Source: Eledone cirrhosa (lineage: Eukaryota). From it: DNA of 64,000 nt. The DNA lies in the NCBI GenBank assembly GCA_964016885.1, contig OZ024747.1, positions 31,000,001 to 31,064,000 on the forward strand, given 5' to 3'. Numbering within the stretch: the first letter of the stretch is position 1; the number at the start of each line of letters is the position of its first letter. The notes beneath the pieces were generated by a model. The model was not told where the DNA came from and did no database searches. It worked only from the letters and a program-made list of their open reading frames with translations. This document shows positions 1 through 13,759 of this stretch, one piece after another. The position numbers and the translations under genes are program-made.

Positions 1-117
1 GACTAGAATGTAGTCAGTTTTAGTGGCAGCTGACTGGAATTTAGTGATGACATTTTCACATATATCAGATATTACATTTCTACTGGTTTATGATATTAGA
101 CTCTGGCCATGCTGGGA

Positions 118-401
118 CAGGGACGGATTGAATGGGGGCAAAGTGGGCAATTGCCCTGGGCGCCCTGCAGTGGTGGGGGGCAATTTATTTGTGCCAACTG
201 CTAGGCTTTTTAGTTTTAGGATGGTTAAATTTTTTAAATTCAATACCTGTATGTTTAACATTTCAATTCCAATTACTTGCACCAAACTGACTTTGAAATG
301 GAAAATTCGGGGCTTGCTCTGTATTCTAATCTTTTTATAAACAATGGGGGCCCCCCAAACCTGAAGTGCCCCTGTCCTCCCAAGGTCTAAATCTGACCCT
401 G
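118..401. mobile_element. Non-autonomous hAT-like DNA transposon (MITE)
   Basis: Terminal inverted repeats CAGGGACGGATT (118) and AATCTGACCCTG (ends 401; reverse complement CAGGGTCAGATT). Subterminal GGGGC/GCCCC motifs. Partly matching 8-bp flanks TGCTGGGA / TGCTAGAG. Confidence 0.6.
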
Positions 402-3129
402 TGCTAGAGCAGGAATATATATTCAGAAACAACGTGTGATGGCATAGAGAATCCAACAGATTTAGTAGCTTATATCAAATGATATATTTTAGAACTATAA
501 GACAGTAACATTTTTGAAATTGTTTAATCTTAGGTCATATCCAATTAAGTGGACCTATAATCATTATCTAGTAGTTGGGTTACCAGGAGCAGTCATTGAG
601 TTTGATTTACCCCCATGACAAATACAAAACAGTGAGAATCTACCTAAAAAAAGTGCTACCCAGGGCAAACAGGGACTGTCTCTTTCATTTACCTTAGCTA
701 TAATTCTGCCTATGACACAAGACAATCCTGCTTTGTGTGTATCTATGACTACATTCTCTGTGTTGATTCAGGCATCAAGAACTTGGATTATTATGTAACA
801 TATTCTTCAGGAATATGTTGTTACTGTCGGTTTTTGTTGTGAGAAGCTATCATTTATGAGATTTGTAATATAAAAAAAAAAACTTGCGATATTTTGCTAT
901 CAAACTTCTTCAGTTATAGTATGAATTCTAGTAAGAATGGTATGTAATGAACATACTTTTATTTATAAGAGATAGAAGCATTATGGAAAAATCTTGAAAG
1001 TTCATAAAACTCAGTCAGTTTATATTCATATGAGAAATGATGAAAGGTTCAGCTCAGAAATATATACAACTAATTATATAATAGTGAACCATACTCCAGT
1101 GGTATGTTTGCTAAGAGAAACAAATAAAACATTTGTATGGTGGGCTGTTCTGAGACAAATACTACATTTGGTTTTTAATTTGTAGTAAAATACAACTCCT
1201 TGTAACTTCTATTAACTTTCATCTTATCTAAAAATAAAACTTAATAGTCTTAGTGGATGCATTAAAAACACTACCCAAAATGTTATGTCTACTACTTCTT
1301 ATGTCTAACTTCTCATAAACAATCATAAAATTATCTTTATAATTGATATCCTTCCACTGTAACTAAATTCTCAATAGAATGTTCAGTAAACCAACTTCCC
1401 TTTCAAAGCTAATAAATCTGTTAATCCATTTGGAATCAAGTATACAACCATCAAACATTATACCTCTGACCTATTCACAGCCATTTGCAATCTCTTTAAT
1501 TTTTCCTTATTCTGTTCACAAATATCACTACAGAAATATGGAAAAATAGAACTACATGACCTGTTTCTTTTCAGAAAAACATAGCCTTTCACCCGAACCC
1601 TGCTACCACACTTTGATTTAAATATTTCCAAGCAGATTGAAACTATTATTACACTCTGTGTACAATAATTTCCTTCTTTCCTTCCTGGCTACTTTCTAGT
1701 ACCCTATACTGATATATATCAATCACAAATAGTCTATGACCCTGAGATGTTTGAGAGGCTTATCATAGATTATATTTGTGTAGCCTCTAGCTTTCTTACC
1801 AAACCTCATATTGATCTATCTATCCCTCTATCTATCACACAATTTACTTTCTTAACAATTCACAAAGTTTCTGTCGATGTTAAATAGTATATCGTATATG
1901 ACCCTTAATATTAATTCTAAAGCTGCATCAGTCATAGAACTACTGCTATTCATATATTCTCTATCACATACACGTTATGGCAAGGATATAAAAGATTTTC
2001 AGCATATTTAAGTCATAATGGGGTCAGATGTAGCATTTATTACTTTAATAACTAATGAAAGTCAAATAGAACCAAACATGTCAATTCATAAATCAGCTAT
2101 TTTATGCGAGTTTGAAAATATATTTATCTAAAAAAAATAATAAAATTGAGTATACATTGAAATAAAAATAAAAATTACACATCAATTGCTATATAATTTT
2201 CAAACTTTGTTAGATTATCTTTGGTCATAAATTTGTAGCATTTCTTGTTTAATTTTCTAAAGCAGATATTTAAAAAAATTACATATGAATAGTAGAAAAA
2301 AGAAACACCAAAGAACAAAAAAACCTTGCACAACTATTTTGTTTATTCTAGCTAACACTATATTAAGCAAAACTAAAAGAATGCTTCTATTGATATTTTC
2401 TGACACCTCTACTTGATAACCTGTAATAAATATATTGATTTTATTACAAATAATCCCCATGGAATTGAAATTGCTAAATCTGATGTTTGCTTTTACTATA
2501 ATCACATATAAAGACACAAGCATAAACTTTATGATTCATTTATGGTTTCCTATCAAACATTATATATTGCCACAAACGGTTTAAGGTATTCAGTAAAATG
2601 GGCAATTTATATAAAAATGTTAACCAAGGATATACTTGGGGTTCTCTCAGCATTTAGAATATAAGAAATTTAATATAACAAAAATCAAAGAAAAATTAAT
2701 CTAGAAAATAAGAAACCATTCTGAGACATTCTGCTTCCAACAGTTCTACAGAGAAGAAATAGTATTTTTATGATTATCTCCGACAATGCCATGAATTGGC
2801 CTTTCTGCTGTTTCGGATTCCAAAATGTCATATCTGCTAATGACCTTCTTTTATATGTGACATACAACTGATTACAAACTTTAGAAAATCATGTCCAAAT
2901 GAAGAATTTTGTAATTTATATTGATTGACTTTCACTAAACACAAAACCAATGGTTGCAGCAAAGAAGCACAATCAACAAAACCAACCCTACAATTTAGTG
3001 GGGAATTGATCAACAAGATTGCAGACCTCTTTCACTTAATGAGTAGGGGAGAACTCATCAAATCAGACCAAAGTTTCCATTGGTCTTTCCATTCCTGATT
3101 CTATCTACTAGTTGCAACTCCTGGCAGAA

Positions 3130-3240
3130 AGAGTAATATGAAATACAGTGTCTTGTTCATGGACATAATGTATTGTCCTCAGTCCAGGAATCATAACCTC
3201 ATGATTCTGAATCCAATTCTCTAACCACTAAGCCACACAC
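3130..3240 (-). mobile_element. Decayed head of the CORE-like tRNA-derived SINE
   Basis: Similar to the SINE at 42418-42758 (GTGTCTTG...CTCTAACCACTAAGCCA). Confidence 0.55.
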
Positions 3241-3369
3241 CCTAACATACTACTCCTAGTTATTTTATGTACCCCATTACCACAACCCTTTGACTCTACC
3301 CATTGCAGTTTTCATAATTAGTTGTGGTCCCATGGTTGGGTGATTAGCTCTGGTCATCAATTGGGTTTG

Positions 3370-3612
3370 AATCACTAAGTAGAATCTGAACTAAGAACAT
3401 GAAATAACAGAATAAATACTTCAAGGGATCTTATATGACGTACTATCAATCACACCAATCCACTACCATGGACAAGTATGGTATTTTATTAACCCTGAGT
3501 GGATGAAAGGCCAAATTAGTCTCAACAGGATTTGAACTCAGATTGCAGAGGTCCAGAACAAATACCATAAGATGTTCTATTCAACACCCTAATGATTCTG
3601 CCATTTCACATC
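3370..3612 (-). mobile_element. Two decayed copies of SINE family 2
   Basis: GGTATTTTATTAACCCTGAGTGGATGAAAGGCCAAA...GGATTTGAACTCAGA matches the intact copies at 32076, 57590 and 61967. Confidence 0.55.
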
Positions 3613-4719
3613 CCACCCTACATTCTGCCTCTCCCCAGAGTAATAAAAACTCAAAATTTAGAGAAATGAAAACTCAATTTCAAAATGCAATAAACTACAG
3701 CTCATCTACCAAAATTATTTCCTTTGATCCTGTTGCAGAGATCTTGAGAAAGCATGGTGTACAAACTTATTGGTGAAGTACTACATAACACATTAAGCCT
3801 GAAACTAATCCAACGGATCAAAAGCGCTTTCTCCAATGGTATAATACATACACCCTCACTGATGATGAATCCCTGCTTATAATGAATTTTGCTTTTATTA
3901 AGCATCACTAATCTTGTTCATTTCTGTCATTTCTCTTGACACAAATCCACATTACTTTTCTTTCTTTAAAATTAACATATTCTCAACTGCTAAAAGTAAA
4001 AGCTGCTGCCAAATATTTAGTTGATATTAATGAGAAGTTTGCTGCACATTCCAATGGAAGTCTGACAATCTAATAATCCTATATATAATGGTGCTATGTG
4101 CAATCCTACCCCTTTCTCTCACTCATTCATTTCAGTGTTACAAATATAGATGGCTTTTGACCTTCCTCTATGGATTTGTAAAGATTTTCAACTTATCCCA
4201 GCCATCCATAGATTATTTTGTCTCTACAGGTATTTTTCTTCCACAATTTGAAAAAGTCCTGTATAGATTATTATTATTATTCACTTATTTTCCCCAACGT
4301 ATATTTCAACTTATTTTGGAAATAAACCTTGCTGGACATTCTCCTCCTCTCTCTCTCCAACTCTCTATGAACTCATCCCAATCAATCTATCATTTAGTCG
4401 GTGACCATCTTTGAAATTCTCGTGCATTCGCCTTGTCGAATATGCCAACTTGTAGCTGCTTATTCCCTCCGAATCTTCAGTGACGACATACGCCATGATG
4501 GCTACCTATGTCACAATTTCACCCCCCCACACACACACACACACTCCACCATATACTCTTCAACCAATCAAACCACAGCACCATATCCTCACCCATTACC
4601 TGTGGCAACAAATTCTGCCATTACTACTATCGTTCTTTCTATACCTGCACCAAAGAAATTCTTGTTTACCGTTATCTATGGATAAGCTGGGGATAAATGG
4701 AACAACCCCGAATTAATAA

Positions 4720-7293
4720 ATGAATATGAATCCACCAATTACCAAGTGTCCATTCGAAGCTTTAATTCAACGACAGAAAGCATACACACTACCCTGCAAA
4801 AATTCACCCCTTCCCACCAGTGATGGCAAAAGCCCAAAACTCAGAGTTGGCACCATCAATGTAAGCACAATGAAAGGAAGAGTAGGAGAAATCATAGAGA
4901 TGTTAGAGCAAAAGGAAATTGATGTATGCTGTGTGCAAGAGACTAGATGGAGAGGAGATCCGCTAGAGTCCTTGTAGGCAAAAAGTGAGTGATACTAATT
5001 TTTCTGGGTGAGAAATGACAATGAGATGGGTGGTGTAGGTATACTATTAGCTGACAAATGGGTAGATAAGGTAATCTCAGTGAACAGGGTGAATGCAAGA
5101 ATCATCAAACTCAGACTAGTCCTGAATAAAACAATAGTTACAAGTATATCCACTTTCGCACTCCAATCTGGGTTAACAGATGAACTTAAGGTTAGATTTT
5201 ACGAGTCCTTAATGCACACTACCACTCTAATAAATGACAAGGGGACTTTAACGGACACGTTGGGAAACATAGTGATGGACTCTATAGAGTCCATGGAGGC
5301 TACGGGTTTGGTGTAAGAAAGGAAGAAGGCTGCAAGCTTCTAGAATTCTGCGACGCCAATGACATGTCTATATGTAACAAAAACTTCAAAAAACCTGACA
5401 ACCATATAATCACCTATAGATGAGAGGAGCATTTTAGTCAGATAGATTTTAACCTTATCAGAGGGCGAGATAGATGGACGGTTGTAAACACAAAAGCTTT
5501 CCCGTGTGAGGAATGTACCTCCCAACATAACTTAGTTGTCAGCGTCTTCATTGTCAGAACTAGAGTTACTTGGAAAGAGAAGGCAACCTGGAGAAGACAG
5601 ATCTGGAAGCTAAAAGATCCCTCAGCCGGTAACAGGTTGAAAGATATCTTACGCAACGCCTATTACAGTAAAGAAGAACAGATAGTTACAGAAGAGCGCA
5701 GGGAGTTCCTAAAAAATAACATACTAAAGGGAACAGATGAGATTTGTGGCTGGGGTAAGACCACATGGAGGAGGAGAGTGACTTGGTGGTGGAACAATAA
5801 GGTAGATGAGGCAATTAAGGCTAAGAGACAGGCATGGAAAGAATGGAAGAACGGGGTAAGCAGAGTACATTACATTGAGATCAGGAGGGTAGCTAGATGA
5901 CAAGTATACTTTGCTAGAAGGGAAGCAGAGGATAGAAAATTATGTACATGGATGATCTTACACTTATAGCTGAATCTATGGTGGAACTAGAGAAGAAATT
6001 CCAAACACGTAAACAGGGACTAGAAAGAAGGGGTCTCAAAGTCAACCTGACAAAGTAGATGAGAAAACAGAACCCAGATCCCCTCAGGGATATTGCCTTG
6101 CTCAGTATGTAGGAAAAGTGTAGGTAGAAATTCCATCCTCTGCCCCAAATGCAAATTATGGGTGCACAAGAGATGTAGTGGGATCTCAGGAAGTTTAGTT
6201 AAGAATGTAGGCATTACATGTAGTAGTTCCACTGGGACAGTAAGCAGCAAACAGCCACAGGAAACAAGCACTACCAAATTCCGTGAGGGTTCTGTAGAAA
6301 CAGTAGACAGCTTCTGCTACCTAGGTGACCGAATTAACAGCAGAGGTGGGTGTTCGGAAAGTACAGTAACTAGAGTAAGAACGGGATGGAAGAAGTGCAG
6401 GGAGCTACTGCCACTACTAGCTGCAAAAGGCTTTTCCCTCAAAATGAAAGGCAGACTGTATGATGCGCGAATACGAACAGCAATGTTACATGGTAGTGAG
6501 ACCTGGGCGTTGTGTGTAGAAGACTTGGGTAGATTAGAAAGAAATGGAGCTTGCATGCTCCGATGGATGTGTAATAGGAATATAGGTGAACGGCAAAGCA
6601 TAAATGAATTGAGAGAGAGACTGAGCATAAGAGGAATCAAATGCTGTGTGCAGGAGAGGCGGTTGCATTGGTATGGACATGTGATGCATATGAAGGATGA
6701 CAGCTGCATACGAAGGTACAGAGCACTAAAAGTCGATGGAAGCCTTGCAGTGGGGGAGACCGAAGAAGACCTGGGATGAGGTGATAAAAGCTGACCTTGC
6801 CCAATTGCATCTCCCAAAGGCGATAACACACGACTGAGACCTCTGGTGATATGCAGTAATGCAGAAGACCCAACATCCCACAAGTACAAGCCGAAGCTGA
6901 AGCATAGAGACAATATGTCCCCATACCCCTATGGTGGAACAAGAGAAGAAATTCCAAACACGTAAACAGGGACTAGAAAGAAGGGGTCTCAAAGTCAACC
7001 TGACAAAAACCAAGGTCCTCGTAAAGTGGTCATGTAGATGTCATGACAAAAATCACACAGTCCACACTGTAAAGTGGTCATGTGGGCACCACGGTAAAGG
7101 AATCTCCACCCAACACTCACTGTAAATGAGGTTGAGATAGGAATGGCATCCAACAGTAGAAATCAAGCCAAAATCAGTTCCTGTATGAGCAAGACATGGT
7201 CACCTGACTTGGCATTGCCCACAACAGGGCAACCCATCTAACCCATGCTAGTGTGGAAGAATGGACGTAAAACGGTGATGATGATGATAATGA
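4720..7293 (+). mobile_element. RTE-clade LINE, family A, decayed, with most of the RT deleted
   Basis: AP-endonuclease motifs (LRVGTINVSTM, VCCVQETRW, GVGILL). Deletion junction near 5945 into the RT C-terminus. Cys/His finger, FCYLG, LHGSETW, RRLHWYGHV. 3' UTR and (GAT)n tail at about 7276-7293. Confidence 0.9.
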
Positions 7294-7329
7294 TATATAT
7301 GTCAGTCTCCTAACAGAGAAAATGAAAAA

Positions 7330-7812
<483 letters not shown>

Positions 7813-8689
7813 TCAGGTCACCAGTTGGTGCTACTGGTAACATGTATCCCAGTACAACCTGTCTCATGTCTCGTTGGCGACTAAACTGGCAACCCCACCA
7901 AGGTTTCTTGGTGAGGAGGGTGACTTTGGACATCCTGCAGGACTAAAAACAAAACCTGTCAAAGGGCAAAGGAGCTCTTAAGAGTCAATGGCCATCCAAA
8001 ATCACCGGGAGAGATGACCCCTTAGCCTTTGTCAAGGCAGAATTCTAGGACAAGGAAAACTCTGATATAACACCTGCAACTCTGATGGTATCCAATGATG
8101 TTGACTTGTTCTTCTTTTTGGTAAATATCATCTTGGTTAAGAGAGTGGGACTGGCTTTGTGCAGTGCCTTTGCTCACTATAAAAGCTTCATGGCACAGGC
8201 ATTGCTTTATATCTGGAGATCTCTCTGCACTTGTTGTCACATGGTACCATGGGCCCAGGACTATGTGTCAATAATTGTCACAAGTGTAGTGTTTGTACCA
8301 GAGTTTTCAAGTCGCTGGCTGGACTAAAAAGTCACACTCATTCAGCACATCGGTAGGAGTTCTCCTACATGGATATAAAGTAGTGGCCATACTCGAAAAC
8401 GAGTTGGCAGCCACCATATGTCTATATATATACACACACACAGACATATATCCTCTAAACCACTGACATTTCTGAATTCCCACTTCCTCATCCAATCATG
8501 CCAACATGGAAAGATGTGCAAATACCACTCACTCTCTTTAAGGTCACCTCCCCATCTTTTATGGGGCATGCAATATATTTTCTACTCCCCTCCCTGCTCT
8601 CATTCCCCAACTCCTTAACACTATCCTTCTAGGTTGACAAGTTGTAGAACTAGTGCTACAAAGAAATTCACTCAACCTACAGCCTAAAG

Positions 8690-8905
8690 TACACGTAGTC
8701 CACTTTGTAAAGTGGCAGATTTGGTGCTATAATAATTTGCATTCAGTTCACTCTGTAAAGTGGTAGTTCTGGTGCCATAATAAATTCCACTATTTTCACT
8801 CTGGAAAGTGTTAGAATTGGTGCCATGATAAATTCTACATATTTGACTCTGTAAAGTGGTAGCACTGGTACCATTATAAAATACATCTAGCCGACTATGT
8901 AAATT
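8690..8905 (+). repeat. Decayed tandem repeat of about 47 bp (CACTCTGTAAAGTGG...GGTGCCAT), related to the RTE 3' UTR repeats
   Basis: About 4-5 diverged units. A reverse-strand equivalent lies at about 55380-55600. The same CACACTGTAAAGTGG motif is in the RTE family A 3' UTR. Confidence 0.6.
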
Positions 8906-9116
8906 TGTAATGCTGATGCCGCAATAAAATACACTTGATACACGCTATGAAGTGTTTAACATTAGGAACTGCATCCATCCATAGAAACCGTACTTCAAAG
9001 GAATATATGCAAATGCAGGTTGCTGACCTGTTGATTCTCAGAATGCAACAAAGCATGTAAGGCAATGATGATGATGTTATATAAATAAATATCCTTATAC
9101 ACAAAAATACATATAT

Positions 9117-9205
<89 letters not shown>

Positions 9206-9224
9206 ATACACGTATATATAGAAG

Positions 9225-9275
9225 AGCTTCTACAGGACTAGAACTGTTTCATTCGTGAGAAATCATCAGGAAGCT
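9225..9275 (-). ncRNA. Type I hammerhead ribozyme
   Basis: Minus strand reads AGCTTC-CTGATGA-TTTC TCAC GAAT-GAAA-CAG TTCTAGTC CTG-TA-GAAGCT. Helix I is 6 bp, helix III CAG/CTG has a CTAG palindrome in its loop, and the cleavage triplet is GUA. Confidence 0.8.
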
Positions 9276-9292
9276 TCCTGATGATTTTGTTC

Positions 9293-10655
9293 CACTTGCG
9301 GCGGGATTGGTTGGAAGACCGTGTCTCACTCATACAGAACTGTCCCTGGCAGGTTTTCTACAGCTGGATGCCCTTCCTAACACCAACCACATTTACAGTG
9401 TGGACTGGGAGCCTTTTTACAGTGTCTCCTACATGACCACTTTATGGTGTGGTCTGTGTGCTTTTTGTTTTGTCACCGACACGACCACTTTACAGTGGAC
9501 AGAAATAGGAGGATGGAGTAGGGTGTGTGGCAGTGGGGGTGTATATTGGGTTAAGAGATGCCTACTGTCTGTAGGCTTAAATTTGTTTGCAAGGGAGGGC
9601 GGGGTCTTCTCTACAACTGCATAACATCAAAGATCTCGATCCAGTCACATTGTCTTAGAGAAGTGTAAGAGAGCAGGGTTTTTGGTCTACTCACTCTTAA
9701 GCTTCCATCAATTTTGATTGCTCTGCACTTTTTTATATAGCTGCTGATTTTGTCAGCCAGGTAATGGAAAGTGTCTTCTATTTCTATAGAACCATCTGGG
9801 CAGTTGAAGGAGATAGCATCAAGTGGGTCCTTGCTACTTACTGCTACTTACTGCATCAAGTGGGTCCTTGCTACTTACTAAAGTCTACATTCTTAGATAG
9901 CTTACCTGTGATCCCACTACATCTTTTATGTACTCATAGTTTGCATTTGGGGCATAGAATGGAATTTCTACCTACTCTCTTCTTACATACCAAACATGGC
10001 CATTTTCCAGAGGGCACCAGTGCCCTATTCTCCTTTCTACATACTAGAACTTTAGTCATAGCCAAGTTAACTCTAAGGCCTTTTGATTCTAGGCCATGTT
10101 TCCATGTTTGGAATTTCTTCTCTAGTTCAACCATAGATTCAGCTATGAAAGTTAGATCATCAGCGTATAGAAGTTCCCATGGCCAGCCAGTCTTAAACCC
10201 TTCTGTTATAGCCTGAAGGGCAATAATAAATAGGTGGGGGTTAAGGACGGAGCCCTGGTGAACACCTATTGTTACACTAAATTCTTCACTATTGTTAATT
10301 TATTAACCTTGCTGACTGTTCCTCTATACATGGCTTGTATATCTCTCACAAGCCACTCATCTACTCCTAGTTTTCTAAGAGCCCACCAGATTAGGGTGTA
10401 TGGGACTCTGTCAAAACTTTCTCCAAGCCAACAAAAGCTAAGTAGAGGGGTTTACTGTTAGCTAGGTACTTCTGTAATTGCCGTACAAGGAAAAATGTAT
10501 CCGTGGTGCTTTTACTTGGCACAAACCCGAACTGCATTTCATCTAGATCAATTTGGTCTCAGATGAGTTGAGTAATAACTCTTTCTGTGACTTTCATGAC
10601 CTGGTCAACTAACTTAATGCCCCTATTGTTTCCTCTATCTAGGATGTCTCTTTTG
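9293..10655 (-). mobile_element. RTE LINE family A, 5'-truncated and internally deleted
   Basis: RT motifs (ELLYADDL, VHQGS), finger WPCLVCKK...CPKC, and 3' UTR repeats at 9330-9500. Confidence 0.88.
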
Positions 10656-11019
10656 CCATCACTACAGTCTCACTATCCCATCACTGCCGCCACCACTCCA
10701 TCATTGCTACCACCACTACTCCCCCACAACCTTCTGTTAACTTAAGAAAGGGGAAGGTGGTGGTAACACTAGACAAGGGAGAGGCTAACAAAAGATATAA
10801 ATAAACTGACATAGTGACTCCGTCAAAAGTTAACTACTATGGCACTGAAGTTCCCCACCAACAATAGAAAAAGTCTCAGCACCACCGGCATAGCCAACAA
10901 CAACAGAGGCAACTTCAACAAAAAGTATATTATATTATTAATATTAATTTCTTTCTTAGCCACACAGGGCTCACATTAAGGAACCACTCATGATAATAAC
11001 AATTTAAAAAACAAAAAAA

Positions 11020-13455
11020 CCCTGTGACCAAGAAATACGGGGAATAGCCATGTCTCTAGGGGAGGACGATGCCTCTAGTCTTGGTTTACACTCCTCCTAG
11101 AAGTGGTAACTCAAAATGATTACCCCTTGGCGGTTAAGGATAAAACGCAACAAAATAAAGCCAATGTCAAATGATAAAATCTCATACCGGATCGGCCGTG
11201 ACCCGGGTCAAAAACGGCCGTGTCCCTCTGAGAGGAACCAGACTGGGGTCGAAAAATCAGCTAATGGTTCAAACCTTCTCATCAGTTTGGAGCTGGAGAC
11301 CTCCCATAACCGGAATACTCCTACTGTTGGCCCTCCATACTCACCACCAAGAAATCCAAAGAAAAAGAGAGAAACATGGTCAAGGGAAGACATAAAGAAG
11401 TCCTTGTGGCTTTCTACACTGCCATGTACTACCCATCAAATAGATCAAATACAGAACAGACATATCAACTGGAAAAAGAAACATCCCGAAAACAGAGAAT
11501 ATATTGACAGTAACAACTGAACACAGAGACTATATTGACAGTAACAACTGAACACAAAGACTATATTGACAGTAACAAACTAGCCAATATACAAAGAAAT
11601 ATTGTTAAGAAAACGTTACTAATTGATATAGAAATTGATCAGATCAAGCAATTAGCGCAAAGTCAGCGAAGGGAAAATGAAACATGTGTCAGTAAAAACG
11701 AGGTAAATTGTAACACTTCAAATCCCAGGGTTGGGGCGGAATCACTGACAGCAGAACAAATTAAAGAAAGGATCGAAAAAGTGGAAGGAGTGCATGCTCA
11801 AGATGAAACTCAAAATGAAAACAATGAGATCGTAAATGATAAAGAAATGAATATACTCGCCAACTTGAAAAATGAAATTATGATCAAATGGATGAAAATG
11901 AAAGAATCTGACATGGAGGAACGAGACACTCTCCCTAAGATCCAGAACTCCAAACAAAACCAAAGGATAATACACAAGAATAACATAACTCTCAAAAACA
12001 TTATCATCACAAACAAACTAAACATTACTGATCTAAATCATCTCTATTATGCATCGGCTAAAGTCACCACTCACTTATGTGGAGTCAAAATGAAAAAAAA
12101 CAAAGGAATTCCCATAGAAAACCTACTTGGCAAGAGAACATCAATCGCCAAATAAACCTTCTCCGATCTGACATAGAAATGTTAACAAACTACAAAGTAG
12201 GTGAATATGTTAAACAAACTAAACTTAGAAAATTGAAAAGAAAATACAGTATAAAATCAACAAGTGACATAGACATGCTGATAGAAACAATCAAGCAAAA
12301 GTGTCAGTCACAGCTGCTCGTATAAGGCGCTTTTAAAAACGATCTAGATTCTATAAGGACAATAATATGTTCAAAAACAACCAAAGAAACTTCTACCGAA
12401 AAATTGGCAAGTCAACAATAACTGCTAAATCAATACCACCCAGGGGGGAAGTGAAAGAATTCTGGGAAAAGATCTGGGCCTAAAAAAATATTCATAAAAT
12501 ATATGCCCCTTGGATAGACAGACAAATGAAAGATACAGCTCACCTTGAGGAGCAAACATGGGAAAATATAACAGTTGAACATCTGCGTTTGGCTCTTAGA
12601 AAACCCAGCAAATGAAAATCCCAAGGGAAAGACAAAATACCAAATCTTTGGATAAATGCCTTCACAGAGTCTCATGAGCTGTTAGCCCAACTTTACAATG
12701 AAATGGTTAAGGAGACAGAAAAGATACCATCATGGCTAGTTAACGGTATTACATTTCTACTTCCGAAGATGATGAGACAAACAATCCCAAAAATTACAGA
12801 CCGATAACTTGCTTGACCACAATGTGTAAAATTTTAACATCAGTCCTAACTGAATATACGTATGATCACGTTGATAACAAATGATCTACTTCCCAATGAG
12901 CAGAAAGGGTGTAAACGAGACTCATATGGCTGTAAAGATCAGCTTTTGGTTAACAAAATGATACTGGAAGATTGTCATAATAGACACAAAAATCTATCAA
13001 TTGCTTGGATAGATTACGAAAAAGCATTCGATAGTTTGCCACACAGTTGGATTGGAAAGTGTTTAGAGATTTTCAAAATATCTCCGATTGTCAGGAGGTT
13101 CCTGTCATTCAGTATGAACTCATGGAAAACGACACTCCTTTTGAATAGTGAAAAAACATCACTGGAAGCTGGAGAAGTTAATATTAATTGTGGAATTTTT
13201 CAGGGTGACTCGTTATCACTGCTTTTATTCTGCATCGCGCTTATACCATTAAGTAAAATGCTCAATGAAACAAAACATGGATATAAAGTCTATGACAAAA
13301 CCATTAACCACTCATTCTACATGGATGACCTGAAACTATTTGCAAAAAATGATGAGCAATTGCAAGGGCTATTATCCACTGTGAAGCAGTTCAGTGATGA
13401 TATTAAAATGGAGTTTGGCCTAGATAAATGCGCAAAAGCTACGTTCACCAGACGC
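11020..13455 (+). mobile_element. R4/Dong-like (RLE-group) non-LTR retrotransposon, decayed, 3' part missing
   Basis: RT motifs [59 protein letters not shown] and MEFGLDKCA, typical of R4/Dong RTs. N-terminal region carries frameshifts. Interrupted by a SINE at about 13455. Confidence 0.8.
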
Positions 13456-13722
13456 ATAACTCTATGCGCCAAAGCATGGCATCCTCACTCTACCAATACT
13501 GCCAATCCAATATTTTCCATATATAGACACAAGGCCAGTAATTTTGGGGGAGGGGAAAGTCGATTAAATTGACCCCAGTGCATTACTGGTATTTTATTTT
13601 ATCGACCCCATAAGGATGAAAGGCAAAGTTAACCGCGGCGGGATTTGAGCTCAGATCATAAAGGGCCGTAACTCTATGCTGCAAAGCATGGCATATGACC
13701 CTCTACCGATACTGCCAGTCCA
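13455..13722 (-). mobile_element. SINE family 2: one copy plus an extra head fragment
   Basis: A-box TGGCAGTATCGG, B-box-like GAGCTCAAATCC and central GCCTTTCATCCTTATGGGGTCGATAAAATAAAATACCAG. A second head fragment lies at 13455-13508. Confidence 0.85.
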
Positions 13723-13759
13723 TATGTGTATATATGTATAAATATATATATATATACAT

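Noticed and set aside
2685-3930. Short ORFs as further exons of the CUB gene
   Set aside because: They show no CUB or other domain motifs and no convincing splice-site pair.
6317-6913. Long antisense ORFs over RTE copies (also 20777, 38007, 52742 and 63253)
   Set aside because: They are shadow frames of the RT coding strand with no recognisable domain.
11040-11115. HDV-like ribozyme at the 5' end of the R4-like element
   Set aside because: Only a nested hairpin (CTAGGGGAG/CTCCTCCTAG) is visible, and the double pseudoknot could not be assigned.
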